A stretch of DNA of 64,000 nucleotides from Camelus ferus (Eukaryota), in contig NC_045696.1 of NCBI RefSeq assembly GCF_009834535.1, positions 16,804,001 through 16,868,000 on the forward strand. Reading direction: 5' to 3'. Each line of letters opens with the position of its first letter. Within the stretch, counting starts at the first letter, position 1. The notes under the pieces were generated by a model. That model did no database searches, was not told where the DNA came from, and saw only the letters and a program-made list of their open reading frames with translations. This document shows positions 52,215-64,000 of this stretch, in pieces. Made by a program: the position numbers and the translations under genes.

Positions 52215-52469
52215 TCCCTATTCTTAATATGCTTTTTCCACCCCCAGTCACTCCTTGAGATGAATCCAACACCTGGACACATTTTGCTCATATTTTGGCT
52301 AAAATGCATAATGGAACAGACTCTTGGGTTTGTACTCTTTCATTTTGATGCCGTTCAGTTTCCCTTTGGTACTGGTTCCTTGTAATAAATCTGCTTATTT
52401 TCCAAGTGGCTTTTTAGATGGCAGCACCACAACAGGCCAGGAAACCAGGAACCTAAAGCTTGTTATAAC

Positions 52470-54030
52470 ATATCTGTAATGGGAGTTTTGTTTCTGCACT
52501 GAAATGACCCACATAGACCATTCACACTTGCTAGCTTTCTAACCAAACTTACAAAATTAGATTCTGGCAAAGAACTGAGGAACTGATGGTGCATATTCCA
52601 AAACTGTCTCACAAAACAGCCCCGTTCATGTTCAATCTCAAACTCTTTAACTTTAGATCTCCCTAGTGAACTTGCTACTAAAAACCTATCTCCTGGTATC
52701 GGACCACTGTCAATGAGTCATGCCTAAATATTGCAAAGTTTTGGAACATCCCCAAGTTATATTTTTGGCTGAAAATAGATCATAGTAAAATAAGGAGTCT
52801 TGCTCTAGTTTTTGATACTTGACTGCTAACCTCTTTTAAACCTTTGGCTCCACATTGGGCAAGCTGATAAGAAATCCTGTGTGCTCTCTCCATTGGTGCT
52901 GGAGGGAAACTCAAACCGTGCAAGTCCTTGCCCATGTGTGAGAACCTTGCTTAAGTCCCATTTTTTAAAATGACTTTTATAATTTATTTTTAAAATTTTA
53001 TTTCATTGTGGTAAGAACACTTAACATGAGATCTTAGCACATTTTTAAGTGCCTGATACAGTATTGTTGACTATTGGCACAATGTTGCAGGACAGAGCTT
53101 TATAGCTTATTCATCTTGAATAATGGAATTTTATACTCATTGATTAGTATCACCCCATTTCCCCCTCTGCCCAGCCCCTGGGAATCACAATTGCTATCTT
53201 TGATTCTATGAATTTGCCTATTTTGGGGTATCTCACTTAAGTGAAACCATGCAGTATTTGCCTTTCTGTGTCTGGCTTATTTCACTTAGTGCAATGTCCA
53301 CCAGGTTTATCCATGTTGTTGCATGTTGCAGAATTAAATTCTACTTTAAGATTGAATAGAATTTCATTAAATATGTATATCATATTTTCTTTATCTATTC
53401 ATCCATCAGTGGACAGTTAGGTTGTTTCTGTATCTTGGATATTACAAATAATATTTCAATAAACATGGGTGTGCTAATCTCTTTGAGATCCTGATTTCAG
53501 TTCTTGAATAGACACCCAAAAAGGGGATTGCTGATCATGTGGTAGACCTATTCTTGTTTTTTGAGGAACCTCTATACTGTTTTCATAGTGGCTGTTCCAT
53601 TTTGCATTCCCATCAATAGCGTGCAAGGGTTTCAATTTCTCCGCGTTCTTACCAACACTTGTTTATCTTCTGTTTATTTTATAAAAGCCATCTTGATAGG
53701 TGTGAGGTGATATCTCATTGTGGTTTTGATTTGCATTTCCCTGATGATTATTGGCATTGAATGTCTTTTCATATACCTGCTGACCTTTGCTGTATCTTCT
53801 TTATAGAAATGTCTATTCAAGTCACCCATAATAAAACTCTGAGCCACTCTCCTTTTCTTGCTCTCCCAAGCCATTTGGGACTTGCTTGAGAGGCTTATTC
53901 TGCACTCCTCAGAACCTCAATTCAAGTAATAAACACTTTTAATCCTCTTGGTACATCTATGGTGTCATAAATTTTAACATTTAAACCAAATTTTATGAGG
54001 GGTCTATTCAGTATTTACAGAATGACCACA
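52470..54030 (+). mobile_element. ERV1-type LTR (probable 3' LTR of the integrase-bearing provirus), split by L1
   Basis: Both halves match the antisense copy at 35258-35620; AATAAA near 53928; 5' boundary uncertain. Confidence 0.6.
52962..53823 (-). mobile_element. L1MA/L1MB 3' region including the ORF2 C-terminus
   Basis: ORF 53674-53874 contains [21 protein letters not shown], a hallmark of the L1 ORF2 C-terminus. Confidence 0.92.
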
Positions 54031-54059
54031 AAAGTTGGTATTGATTTATCTTCTAGCTT

Positions 54060-54610
54060 CACTTGGAAAATGACCAAAAGTAGTCATCTGAGACAAGCGG
54101 TGTTGACAAAAGTTAATTATTTGCTCAAGAAATTTTTATTCAAGGAGATAAACCTGTTAACTAGTCGAAAAATTGTTTGTTCCAAGAAATCTTGGCAAAA
54201 CAACTTATCAGAGGTCACTTATCTAAGCAAATAGTTTTCTCAGGACAAAAGCATGCTCATTTAGACAAAGAGATTGCTTATCAGGACAACAGTCATCTCA
54301 TCAAGACTGATTTCAAGACTCTGGCCCTGCTATGTCCATTAATCCTAAATTATCATGTCATGAATTCTGACAAGAACTCACAATTACTTTTCTTGCCTTG
54401 AAAGTCTTACATTATTAAAATACTAGAGTCCACTGAATAAAACCTATAAATGCCCTATCCTTTCCTCTCCCTTTGATACTATTAAGAGTTTATAAAGGTA
54501 GAATTTTCCATTTCTGGAATAAGTTCAGTAAACTAAGCTTTGAGTGATCAAAGTTTGTCTTTTTTTTTTTTTGAGGGGTTTGGTCTTTGAAATGAGTCTA
54601 CAGTTGATGC
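54060..54610 (+). mobile_element. ERV1-type LTR (MER67-like; name uncertain)
   Basis: TATA-like cctataaa, then agtaaactaagctttg, and a CA terminus. Confidence 0.5.
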
Positions 54611-55744
54611 ATACTATGTCTTGCTTAAACCTTTAATTTTTTCTAATTGCTCTTTGTATGGCCTAACGTTGTTTACAAATCACCACTGCATCTCCAAAGA
54701 GCTGCCATCTTTAATACTGACCCTAGTATTTCATGGATAGTTTTTCTGTTCTGATATATTTCTGCCTCTATCAGGCCATAATCAATCTAAATTTAATATA
54801 TTGTCAGGAATATGAAATTGTTGAGATCAAGAGACTGTGTCTGCTGTCTGTGGTACAGTAATTTACACAATAAGTACCCCAGGAAATGTTTATTATGTTA
54901 ATGATTTCTTATTGAGTACAATATTGACAAAATTCTTGATTTCTCTCTTTATCCCCCAGCATGTGATGGTCTGCACCTTGTGATAGCTGTATTCATGTAG
55001 CTGATTCTTTAAAATGGAGGATAGAACCAAGTTGTACAAATTAAGTGTAGCGCCCAGAAATAAATCTAGTATTACAAACAAAACATAACAAAGAGCTTTT
55101 CATTCTCTTGTCACAGATACTCTGTTTTTATTATCAAAATCCAAAAGGTTGCATTGATATTTTGACAGGCACATTGTGTCTCCTATCAAGTATAGAATTA
55201 ACTAAATCTTTAATGTCTAATTTTCTTTCTTTCCTTTTTTTTTTTTTTTAACCACTTACAATGCTAAGTTATAGTTTGTAGTATTTCCACTCCTATTGTT
55301 GTTTCTTTGGACCAGGAGATAATTATTTTACTTCATTATTAAATAACTCAAGCCTCTTAAAATCTTGTCAGATCTTGATTCTATCATAAATACTATATTC
55401 ATTATCCTTTTCTGTTTTGTGCTAGTTACAGATTTAGTATTATACTCTCTGAAACTTTATCTTGATTGTTGATGAACATCTGAAACCAACAGATCCAAGG
55501 AAAGAATTTTGTGCCATAATGTGGAAGACCTACAATCGTGCTATCATCATGTGCAGGGATAGGCCATTTGGTCATGTGTCTAGGCTGGAAACATAAGGAA
55601 AACCTGAATGATCTGGAAAGTGCTCTCAGACCTTCTTTCATGCTTGGATCAGAGTCTACAGATAATCAATGTCTTTGAAATGAAACACTGAAAACTCTGT
55701 GGTTTGCTTACAATTCTGACTGCTTTCACTGATGGAATATTGAT

Positions 55745-56012
55745 TCATTCTTCAAGTCTCATCTTACATTCACTTTTCTGTGAATCTTTCTGATCACCCT
55801 TTCCAAGATTTGGTTAAGTGCCTCATCCTCGTGCTCCTTTAGGACCCTTTACTATTACTATTACAAAAGTTTCATATTTATTATAATTGTTTATGCACAT
55901 GTTTATGTTTCACACTAAAACGTAAAAAAAAAGTCAGAGAGAAAACTTAATTTTGTTCATTAATTGTTATCTGCAGCTCCTAGATTTGTGGCTGACATAT
56001 ATTCAATAAATA
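55745..56012 (+). mobile_element. L2 3' region
   Basis: tcattcttcaagtctcatctt...cctagatttgtggctgacatatattcaataaat. Confidence 0.6.
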
Positions 56013-56419
56013 TAAAATGTCATCCCAAATACATTCATGTTACTTTCTAATGAATGAGGAAGCATAACTTCTTTATTTCCTATGACTGATCTAATCTCTT
56101 TTAAGAGCCTCAATCTCACTGGGTATCAGGCACATTAAAGCTTGAATTAAAAAAAAAACCAATATTTTTATTTTTTTCAATATGTATCCCGAGTTGAACT
56201 CTCAATCAAGGGCTGATATAAAAGGATTTTATGTGAAGAATCAGTTTTTCTCAGTCCTTCCCCCTTTCAATCTACCCCTGACCCTTTAGTCCTATCTTCC
56301 AAGGTAGTAAGTAGTTATATGAAGAAGTGTACTGAGTCCTTACAGAGCACGAAAGAAAACATTCTTTTGAGCCATGAAGTCTTCTGGGTCCCACTGGCTC
56401 AGGGAGTGGCTGGTTTCTC

Positions 56420-57193
56420 TGTAATAAGGAATTTGGTTGCCCTTTGTCTCTAGTTCTGGGAAGTAGCTTCCAAACCCTCGGAAATTCCCCAGGTTGTAGA
56501 GTATCTTTGTGTATGGTGGACTCTGAGTGTTTATGCTCATGAGTTGAGTCATGCTGGGATTGTAAATAGTTTGTAATGATAATGACTCTGGGTAGGGACT
56601 GGTGACTATTCAACCATGTGGCTAGGGGGTTCTGGCTTTGAGCCATGTGGTATCAACTCAACCTGTGGGGAAGGAAAGGGTGCTGGAAATTGAGTTCAGT
56701 TGCATGGGCAATGATACAATCAGTCATGCCTACATAATGAAGCCCCAATAAAAAATTTGGACACCTAAACTCAGAAGAGCATCCTTGGTTGGCAACATGC
56801 TATATTGCATGTCATAACATACACATGTGCTGGGAGGGTGACATCTCCTAATTCTACAAGGAGAGGACACTGAAGCTTTGAGTTTGAGGTCCTTTGAGAC
56901 CTTGACTATGTGTCTTGTGTTTGACTGGCTCTATTTTGAATCCTCTCTGCTGTAATAAAACTGTAATAAATAGTATAACACTTTCCTGAGCTCTGTGAAT
57001 CATTGTAGCAATTATCAAACCCAAGAGGATAGAGAAAACCCTCAATGTAACCATTTGGTCAGAAGTGAAGGTGGTCTGGAGAACTCTCAGGTTTGTGGCT
57101 GGGGTCTGAAGTAAGGGCAGTCTAGTGGAGGACTGCACCTTTAACTTTTGAAGTTTGACCTAGTTCTATGTAGTTAGTGTAGAAGCCATTGCA
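56420..57193 (+). mobile_element. MER21C-like LTR, near full length
   Basis: tgtaataaggaatttgg...aatcagtcatgcctacataatgaagcccc...ctgtaataaaactg...ggtcagaagtga...tgca. Confidence 0.85.
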
Positions 57194-57460
57194 TTGGTAT
57201 TTTCTGGGCTAATGCTGAGCAATTCTTGTAATGATCCTAGCTCTTTATAGACCCACCCTCCCTTGTAGAGTGCCTGTGGTCCTTATCTAGAGGATTCTGT
57301 TAATCTGAGTCCCCTGGATACCACAGGGACCTGTGTGCACTGCTTGAGGTTCATACATCTATCCGCCATAGCTTTTGGCATGCTATTATTCTCTATCTTA
57401 TTAAAAGTGGCCACATGCGCTAGAGGTTAGTACTGCCTCTAAAATTTCCAAAGCGGATTT

Positions 57461-57883
57461 TGTGATGTGCCACCTAGACTCCCCTTCAGGACTAAAAGAC
57501 TTAGTCCTTCAGCATCTCAGGAGGTTCTAGCTAACTACCGTTAGAGGACAAGCCCTGTCTAGAAAATGCCCCATCCCAGAGTCAGCTGCTTTGCCCAAGG
57601 CCACACCCGCTTCCTAGAGATAACCTGCATTCAGTGATGACAGATGCAGGAATATTAAACCCAGCCCTCTAACTACAATGAAGGCAGTGCTGAAGGGTCA
57701 TCATTGCTTCAGAGCTCCTCATGGGCTTGGCTAGGGTTCTGTGTGGGCTACATCACAGCTCAGCTTCTCCTTCTGTCCAATCCTGCCTCATTTTCTTTCT
57801 TTTCTAAGTTGCCTAGCACACTGTGATAAGGTTCCTGCATGTTCATCTTTTCAGATTCTGCTTCCTGGAACCCCAACCTGCAA
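57461..57883 (+). mobile_element. LTR16-type ERVL LTR
   Basis: gcccaaggccacacc...ctgaagggtcatc...cagagctcc...ctgcttcctggaaccccaacctgc. Confidence 0.8.
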
Positions 57884-58340
57884 TTGTGGGTGCCAGGAAT
57901 GGTCAGAGAAATGAGGGGCAGAATTCAGGAGCTTAATCATTTGCTAGCTCACATCTAAGGTCCATTGTTAGTGTTAGATGATGACAGATGACTCTGATAC
58001 AAGGGAACAATAGTGTTGTTAAAATCTCTCACAGTGAACAGGATTGGTATATCAGTGGAGAGGAATGCACTAGCAGGGGCGATATAACGCAACTTTGAGT
58101 TTGTTTCCATCCGTTCATGTGGATGTAGCCCACCCCTCCCTATTAAGGGTTAGCACACTCCCTCCACTCTAGAGTGCTTCTGTTGTAGGAACATGTATGT
58201 CTCATTCCAAGGATCTGTCCTCATCTCCTTTCCTGGTTATTAGACCATTGAGATTATATCTCAACATAATTTGGCTGTAGGAAGTGTTTGGTTGGATATA
58301 AGGGATTAAAGAGACTACTACCCAAAGAGCTGCAGGAAAT
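57884..58340 (+). mobile_element. ERVL internal remnant following LTR16
   Basis: ggtgccaggaatggtcagagaaa immediately 3' of the LTR resembles an ERVL PBS/leader. Confidence 0.5.
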
Positions 58341-60407
58341 AACTTTCCTTTTCCTCTGGAGAAAAATAAGGTTCATTCTTTAAAGAAGGTTAGAAAAGAA
58401 AATGAAAGTGCATGACACAAAAATACACCGAGAAAATATATTTTTAAATAAATGAATGACAGTTGATGTGAGAGTTCTTCTAAGAATATTCCATGTCCTA
58501 TCAAGGCAGAAGTTCTTTTTCTTGTGCACGCCATTAACCTCTTATTCACATTTTTGTTGTAGGAGTTATTCCACCACTGTTATCCTTCAGAGACCTGTCC
58601 TTTTTGGTGCTGGAGGAAATTCTAGAGAATAGTGAGTACGCTTGATTCATCCTTAAACACATAGCAGACCACTAGCATAGTATCTGGCTTTGAGATGAAA
58701 CACTGAAACTTCTGTGGTTGCAATTCTAACATCATTCTGACTGAAGAAATATTAACTCATCTTTCAAGTTGCCTCTTAAACTCAGTTTTCTTAATATGCT
58801 TAATATTTTTCGAATTAGTGAGTGAGTAGATGAATGAACTTTTTAAAATTTACATTGAGATGATGGAAGCCACTTTTCTCAGATATGTGGCTGGTTAAAT
58901 GGCCTGATACAGCTGACATTTGGATATGTTTGAATTTGAGTTGGCATGGTTATACTAACATGATAACACTAAGTGGAATTTTCATTTCTAGACATCGGTC
59001 AGTTAATATTTTGGGGGAAGGCAGTTCTTCCTTAGCCCACCAAAAACACATGAAGTTTGACAGATGGGTAATCCTAATCAATTCCATTTTGCTTACACCG
59101 AGCTATAATGGTGGAATGTTGTCAAAATCCAACCCTAAAGACTGAGATTATTACCTCCAATGAACTTATGTGTTCAAGCTGCCAATCTGAGGCTTAAGGT
59201 AAGCTCTCAAAATATGGTTGATAGCAGTACCTCTATGTCGACTGAAGCCAAATAGCTTAAAGCCCCTTGAAGAGACTTTATTCTCATCTAAGTTAGGAAA
59301 TGCAGCAATGCAACTGAGTTCTGAGTGCCCAGAATGGTGGTAAAGATTCAGGATGCTCAGCTCCAAGTGACAGATGTAAATTCTTGGAACTTGTGCTGAA
59401 AGGGAATTAGAATCAACTGGCTGCATGATGAAGAGAAGACACAGTGCTGTGGCAGGACATTCATAAGAAATATGGATTCAGCTGGTGCTGTTTACAGATC
59501 AGAAAAATATATTTTTGTGCTAAATCCAATCTGTGATGTTCTGATGAGAACATGTGGCATCCAATAATCCACTATCAAAGCTGATCTCCTGACTCTCACA
59601 AAGAGTGATTAGAGTCTCCTATTTATTTCATTCTTCCCAATGTTATCTTTGGGGGATTAAGGATGACTGATGCTGATACACGGAAACAGCCAAGTAATTC
59701 TTGAGACAGAGAAATGACAGATATATCTAGCTCTGCACCTGAACACTGGGAAAATATTGATGAAAGTTTGACTTGAGTTTAGAAATGTGCACTCAGATAG
59801 ATCTTAGGCATATTTTAATCATGCAGGAATGAGGAGAGCTAAGTGAAGTCTCAGTAAACGGCACATTTGGAATGTCAAACTTGCATTTTCGTGACTATAC
59901 TTCCTACTTGGAAATGAAATTAAAATAACTAGAATCATACACTACAGCAGCATTTACTAGACGGTGTCTACAGATTTCTTTGCAAAAAGAAAGATGCTTA
60001 AAAATTTCCACTGTATTAATATACTGCCACAGTGAGTTTAGTACTGAAATATGCTTTTGGCAGAGACACATTTACTGTCAGTGTGTCAATACCTAGGGCA
60101 ACCCAACACAAGCTTCATAACTGCGAAAAATGAGCAGTGTCTGATTTCTTGTGCTTCTCAGGCCCTAGCAAAGTAACTGGAAAATGTATGTATTGCTTCA
60201 TAAATGTTTGTTGAATTGCGTTATATACAGATTACAGACTGCAAATTTCCTCAGAAGCAAACAAAAAAATGAAACATCAAAGTGCGGATGTCATTGTAAA
60301 TATATTTCACTGAACCTTGAAGAAGCTTATTTATATATAAATGTCCAGTTTTATTTCTAAAACTGAATGTATTTACTTTTATTTAAATAATTGCTTGCAA
60401 AACAGGT

Positions 60408-60473
60408 TTTTTTAAACTGAAGTTTAGTCGCTTTACAATGTATTAATTTTTGGTGCACAGCATAGTAATTCAG

Positions 60474-60507
<34 letters not shown>

Positions 60508-60519
60508 ATGTATATATTC
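60408..60519 (-). mobile_element. Short L1 3' tail containing (CA)n
   Basis: ttttttaaactgaagtttagtcgctttacaatg...ggtgcacagcatagt; similar to 45091-45186. Confidence 0.7.
60476..60505. repeat. (CA)n microsatellite
   Basis: Seen directly. Confidence 0.97.
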
Positions 60520-62366
60520 AAAATAAAGTTTCTTAAACCAAAGAACTACTCTTTTGTCCCACGGTGGGGTAATTTATTAGCAACAAACCCATTTTGATAT
60601 GACCTCAATTCCACATTGATAGATCCCTTCAATAAGCCATCATAATATGACTTAAGGATTCTATTTAATATTATATTGTCCATTAAGTTGACTGGGTGAT
60701 TTAGCACCAAGGGAAAAAATGACCTCATTTGAAGAATTGATATATTGGTTTTTATCAGATCATGACAATTGGATAATTTATCATGTTTCCAGTTTCATCG
60801 TGTCAGGATGCCCCCAAACTAAATTTAATGCTCAATTAATGTAACTACTTAGGCATATGTTGATATATTTTCTTTGGCATATTTTTATTTTCTCTTTCTA
60901 TCCTAATATTTATATAATAAAACTGAGTGAATCAGTGCATATGTAATAGGTATATAGATAAGTAGTCAACTAGAAGACCAGATATTTGTTATTATAAAGA
61001 TGTTAAATCCGCCAATCTGAAAAAAATCTTTTGTTGGTAAGACAAACAAGACCTGAGGACATAAACATTAAATGAAAGGAGTGACCTTCAAACTAGACAC
61101 CATTGCTTATCACATTTGTTAAAGTCATCAGAATATTGGTCTTTTCTTCTTCCAGTTTCAAAAGGGAGGATTAAATAAACACTTGTTCTGTTTAAGATAA
61201 TTTTGTGTCCTAAATATAGGAAGGATAATTAATATTAGCTTTCCCATCATTTTATCAAAAGTAGAATTCAAATATCATCTGGAATTGTATTTTTTTTTAA
61301 TTCACTTCTACAATAATATGTAAATACTCAAATTTATTTATGTAAATTTGTTTTTATTATATATAGTAAAATTATGGTTACTATAACATATATATAGTAC
61401 ATGTAATATGTATATTTACATAAATATATATTTATATAGTATATAAAATATGAAGAATATTGGATATTATTTTAATTGCTTTTGAAGAATCAATAGAAAA
61501 TTTAATTTGTTACTGTACGAATCTGTGATAATATTTTGTCAGGCTTCTAAAATTGAAATTTGCCTGAGTGACATTTGTGGAATTCTTTTTCAAGAGTAAA
61601 CTCTCACACTATGCAAAGAAGTAACTAAAGTCTTCCTTAAATAGGAAATTAGTATAAACCAGCAATACTGTTATGTTGAAGATTAGTGTCAAATAAAGAA
61701 GTTGAATGTGTACCATGTTGGAGAGCTTTCCCTTATGGAATTGACAAAGCTGGATGCTTAAAGCTAAGTTTCTATAACAGAAAGCATTTTACATAAACTT
61801 CTGTTACTTGCTCCTTTGGACAAGATAATATGCTATGGAGTCTTTGCACTAACCAAAGTTTATAAAAGCAGTTACTCTGATATGTTACGTGAAAGCTTAA
61901 AAATTGAGATGTACAATATTCATGAAGACTACTAAAGAAGCAAAGAAGATTGAGTTACATCTTTGCTGAGTGGGAGTTTTTATTTGTGCTACTTTGTCAC
62001 AATCAAGAATTCTGGGAAATCCAAACCCCTAAGAGTCTATTACTGAGATCTCAAGACAATAGGTAGAGCAATGAAACACAGCCTTGGAGCTTTTCAATTT
62101 GATGCAGGTATCATTTCACAATGGATTTCTATGTTCAGATAGTGAATTCCACTTCATTAGAAAACAGATAATGCCTCCAGCCCCACCCACCTATGGCAAT
62201 TCAGAGAAAATGTAGTAGCACATAGATTTTATATTCATACCACTGTTTTGGCTTCTTCTATTTAGTAAAGATAGTTTTGAGTTCCTCTCTCCTCATGTAT
62301 GAGATATTTAAAAAGTAGAATCACTAAATACCAGTATTTCTTCTTAGTGACTTTTAATTCACTCTT

Positions 62367-62578
62367 TTTTTTTTTTAACATTTTTTATTGATTTATAATC
62401 ATTTTACAATGTTGTGTCAAATTCCAGTGTTCAGCACAATTTTTCAGTCATTCATGTACATATACACACTCATTGCCACATTTTTTTCTCTGTGAGTTAT
62501 CATAACATTTTGTGTATATTTCCCTGTGCTATACAGTGTAATCTTGTTTATCTATTCTACAATTTTGAAATCCCAGTA
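62367..62578 (-). mobile_element. Young camelid-type L1 3' end, 5'-truncated
   Basis: Poly(T) head and TSD taattca[c/t]tctt (62355-62366 / 62579-62590); paralogous to 29175-29396. Confidence 0.9.
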
Positions 62579-64000
62579 TAATTCATTCTTGAAGACCCTA
62601 CCCCTAAATGAAAAAACATTAAATGAGAAAAATTTTTTTTCTTTAATTTCAATGGAAAAAAACCCATGATGCACATCAACTTAACCCAAATATATAAACA
62701 ATTTTCACAAACAGAAGTATATGTCAAACAAAATGAGTTTACACAAGTTATAAATAATTTGAAACTAAATACAATAAAAAGTAGGAAAATTAATATATTT
62801 ATTTCAAACTTCTTTCTGTGCCATATTCTTTGCAACATTGTTTAATCTCTTGGAGGACTTATGGTTATTTTGCATTCAAATGCATTTTAAAATAGAACTT
62901 TACCACAGGAAAACATCGTTAGGACAAAATAAAGGCTTAACACTGAAGCCTTGGAAAATTGTGGAAAACACAAATGTACACAATAGACCAAAGTCATAGT
63001 ATGTACTGTCTCTTTATCTCTCTCTTTTTTATAGAAATACACAAAACAAAAAGGGTTTTGGACTCATCTAAACAACTGTACAATTCAAGTTTGTTTCAGA
63101 AAACATTCTCTGAATAAAAACCTTTGTGTTGAGTAAACTGATAAGTGTGCTTTTACCTGAAATCATAATGTTAAAATAGCACTATTCTGTAGTATTTCTT
63201 TGATGAGGTTTGGAGTGAAAACTTATTAAACAAATAAAAGAGGAGACATCATCAAACAATGCAAAATGTTTTTGTAAGTTGATCTGGCTAAAAGTCTGAC
63301 TACTACAGATCTACCTCACAGAAAAACGTTCAGTAATAAATATTAAATAATAAACTTAATTGTACACCACTTCTGAGTTTTCCATAGCTCTTAATTTGTA
63401 AATTGATGTCTAATTAAATTGACACTTTACCTATCTTTGTTTATATCTATTTCATCCCAAATTAGCTTTTCAAGAGCTTCTTGATGTTCAGGATGTCTTC
63501 AGAAGCCTTGGAAATACTATTTCCCCTAAATAGGATATTTTATGTTAAAGTAAAATATACAAAAAAAATTCAATAGTCGAGGATTAAATTGAAGCTTTAA
63601 CTTCATTCTTAGGCTTTTTTTATTAATGGAATATATTAAATTACTGAGGATAATGACACCATAAGGGAAAGGATCTTGAGTGACTCTAGCACCGTCCCCC
63701 ACCCCCCGTGGTTTATATTCACCAGGGAAATGGTAATTTTTATTATTTAACTTGACATGAACAGAATTCAAACTGACATTTCTTACAATGCTCTGCTATT
63801 TTTGTTTCACTTTCATTAGCATCTGCCATGCCAAGAATGCTGAAGGGAGAAAGAGTTAACTTTTTCTTTCCTTTGAAAGAAGAGAGGCTGAAGTTGTCAG
63901 AAATTCTGAGCTGGTCTGTTATCTCCTTATTCCTTTATTCTATCATGAATGAGGAGAAAAATTTAGGAAGTTATACTGATAGAAAAATTTTTCTAACCTA

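Noticed and set aside
61310..61460. Extremely AT-rich stretch as a regulatory or origin element
   Set aside because: Consistent with decayed (TA)n low-complexity sequence
63432..63525. Minus-strand peptide HQEALEKLIWDEIDINKD, vaguely EF-hand-like, before a GTAAAA donor
   Set aside because: The best acceptor gives stops in all three frames, the alternative acceptor is weak, and no partner exons were found
426..63771. ORF-track entries as protein-coding genes
   Set aside because: All are 124 aa or shorter, many start at non-ATG codons or lie in repeats, and none resembles a cellular protein I recognise; 53674-53874 is L1 ORF2
1..64000. Prokaryotic-type systems (CRISPR arrays, operons, IS elements)
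   Set aside because: The sequence is mammalian; there are no regularly spaced repeats and no long ORFs

Overview
This is mammalian nuclear DNA: AT-rich, CpG-depleted and repeat-dense. It is most likely camelid (alpaca, llama or camel), judged from two tRNA-derived Vic-1-type SINEs and two young camelid-type L1 3' ends. I recognised no protein-coding exon of a known gene, no RNA gene and no CpG island, so the window looks intergenic or deep intronic. It is dominated by fossil retroelements (L1, L2, MIR, ERV1/ERVL/MaLR LTRs) and hAT DNA transposons. The best-supported non-trivial signals are (i) a decayed ERV1 integrase with the D,D(35)E spacing still intact at ~50.9-51.4 kb, inside a nested stack of insertions; (ii) a ~105-bp diverged local duplication that appears inserted into an L2 tail; and (iii) an L1 with possible twin-priming inversion geometry. 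More speculative signals are candidate spliced exons on both strands, CTCF-like motifs and repeat-free enhancer-like blocks sharing an inverted GATA dimer. I found no convincing previously undescribed biological system. Repeat family names come from remembered consensus sequences, and boundaries without TSDs are approximate.
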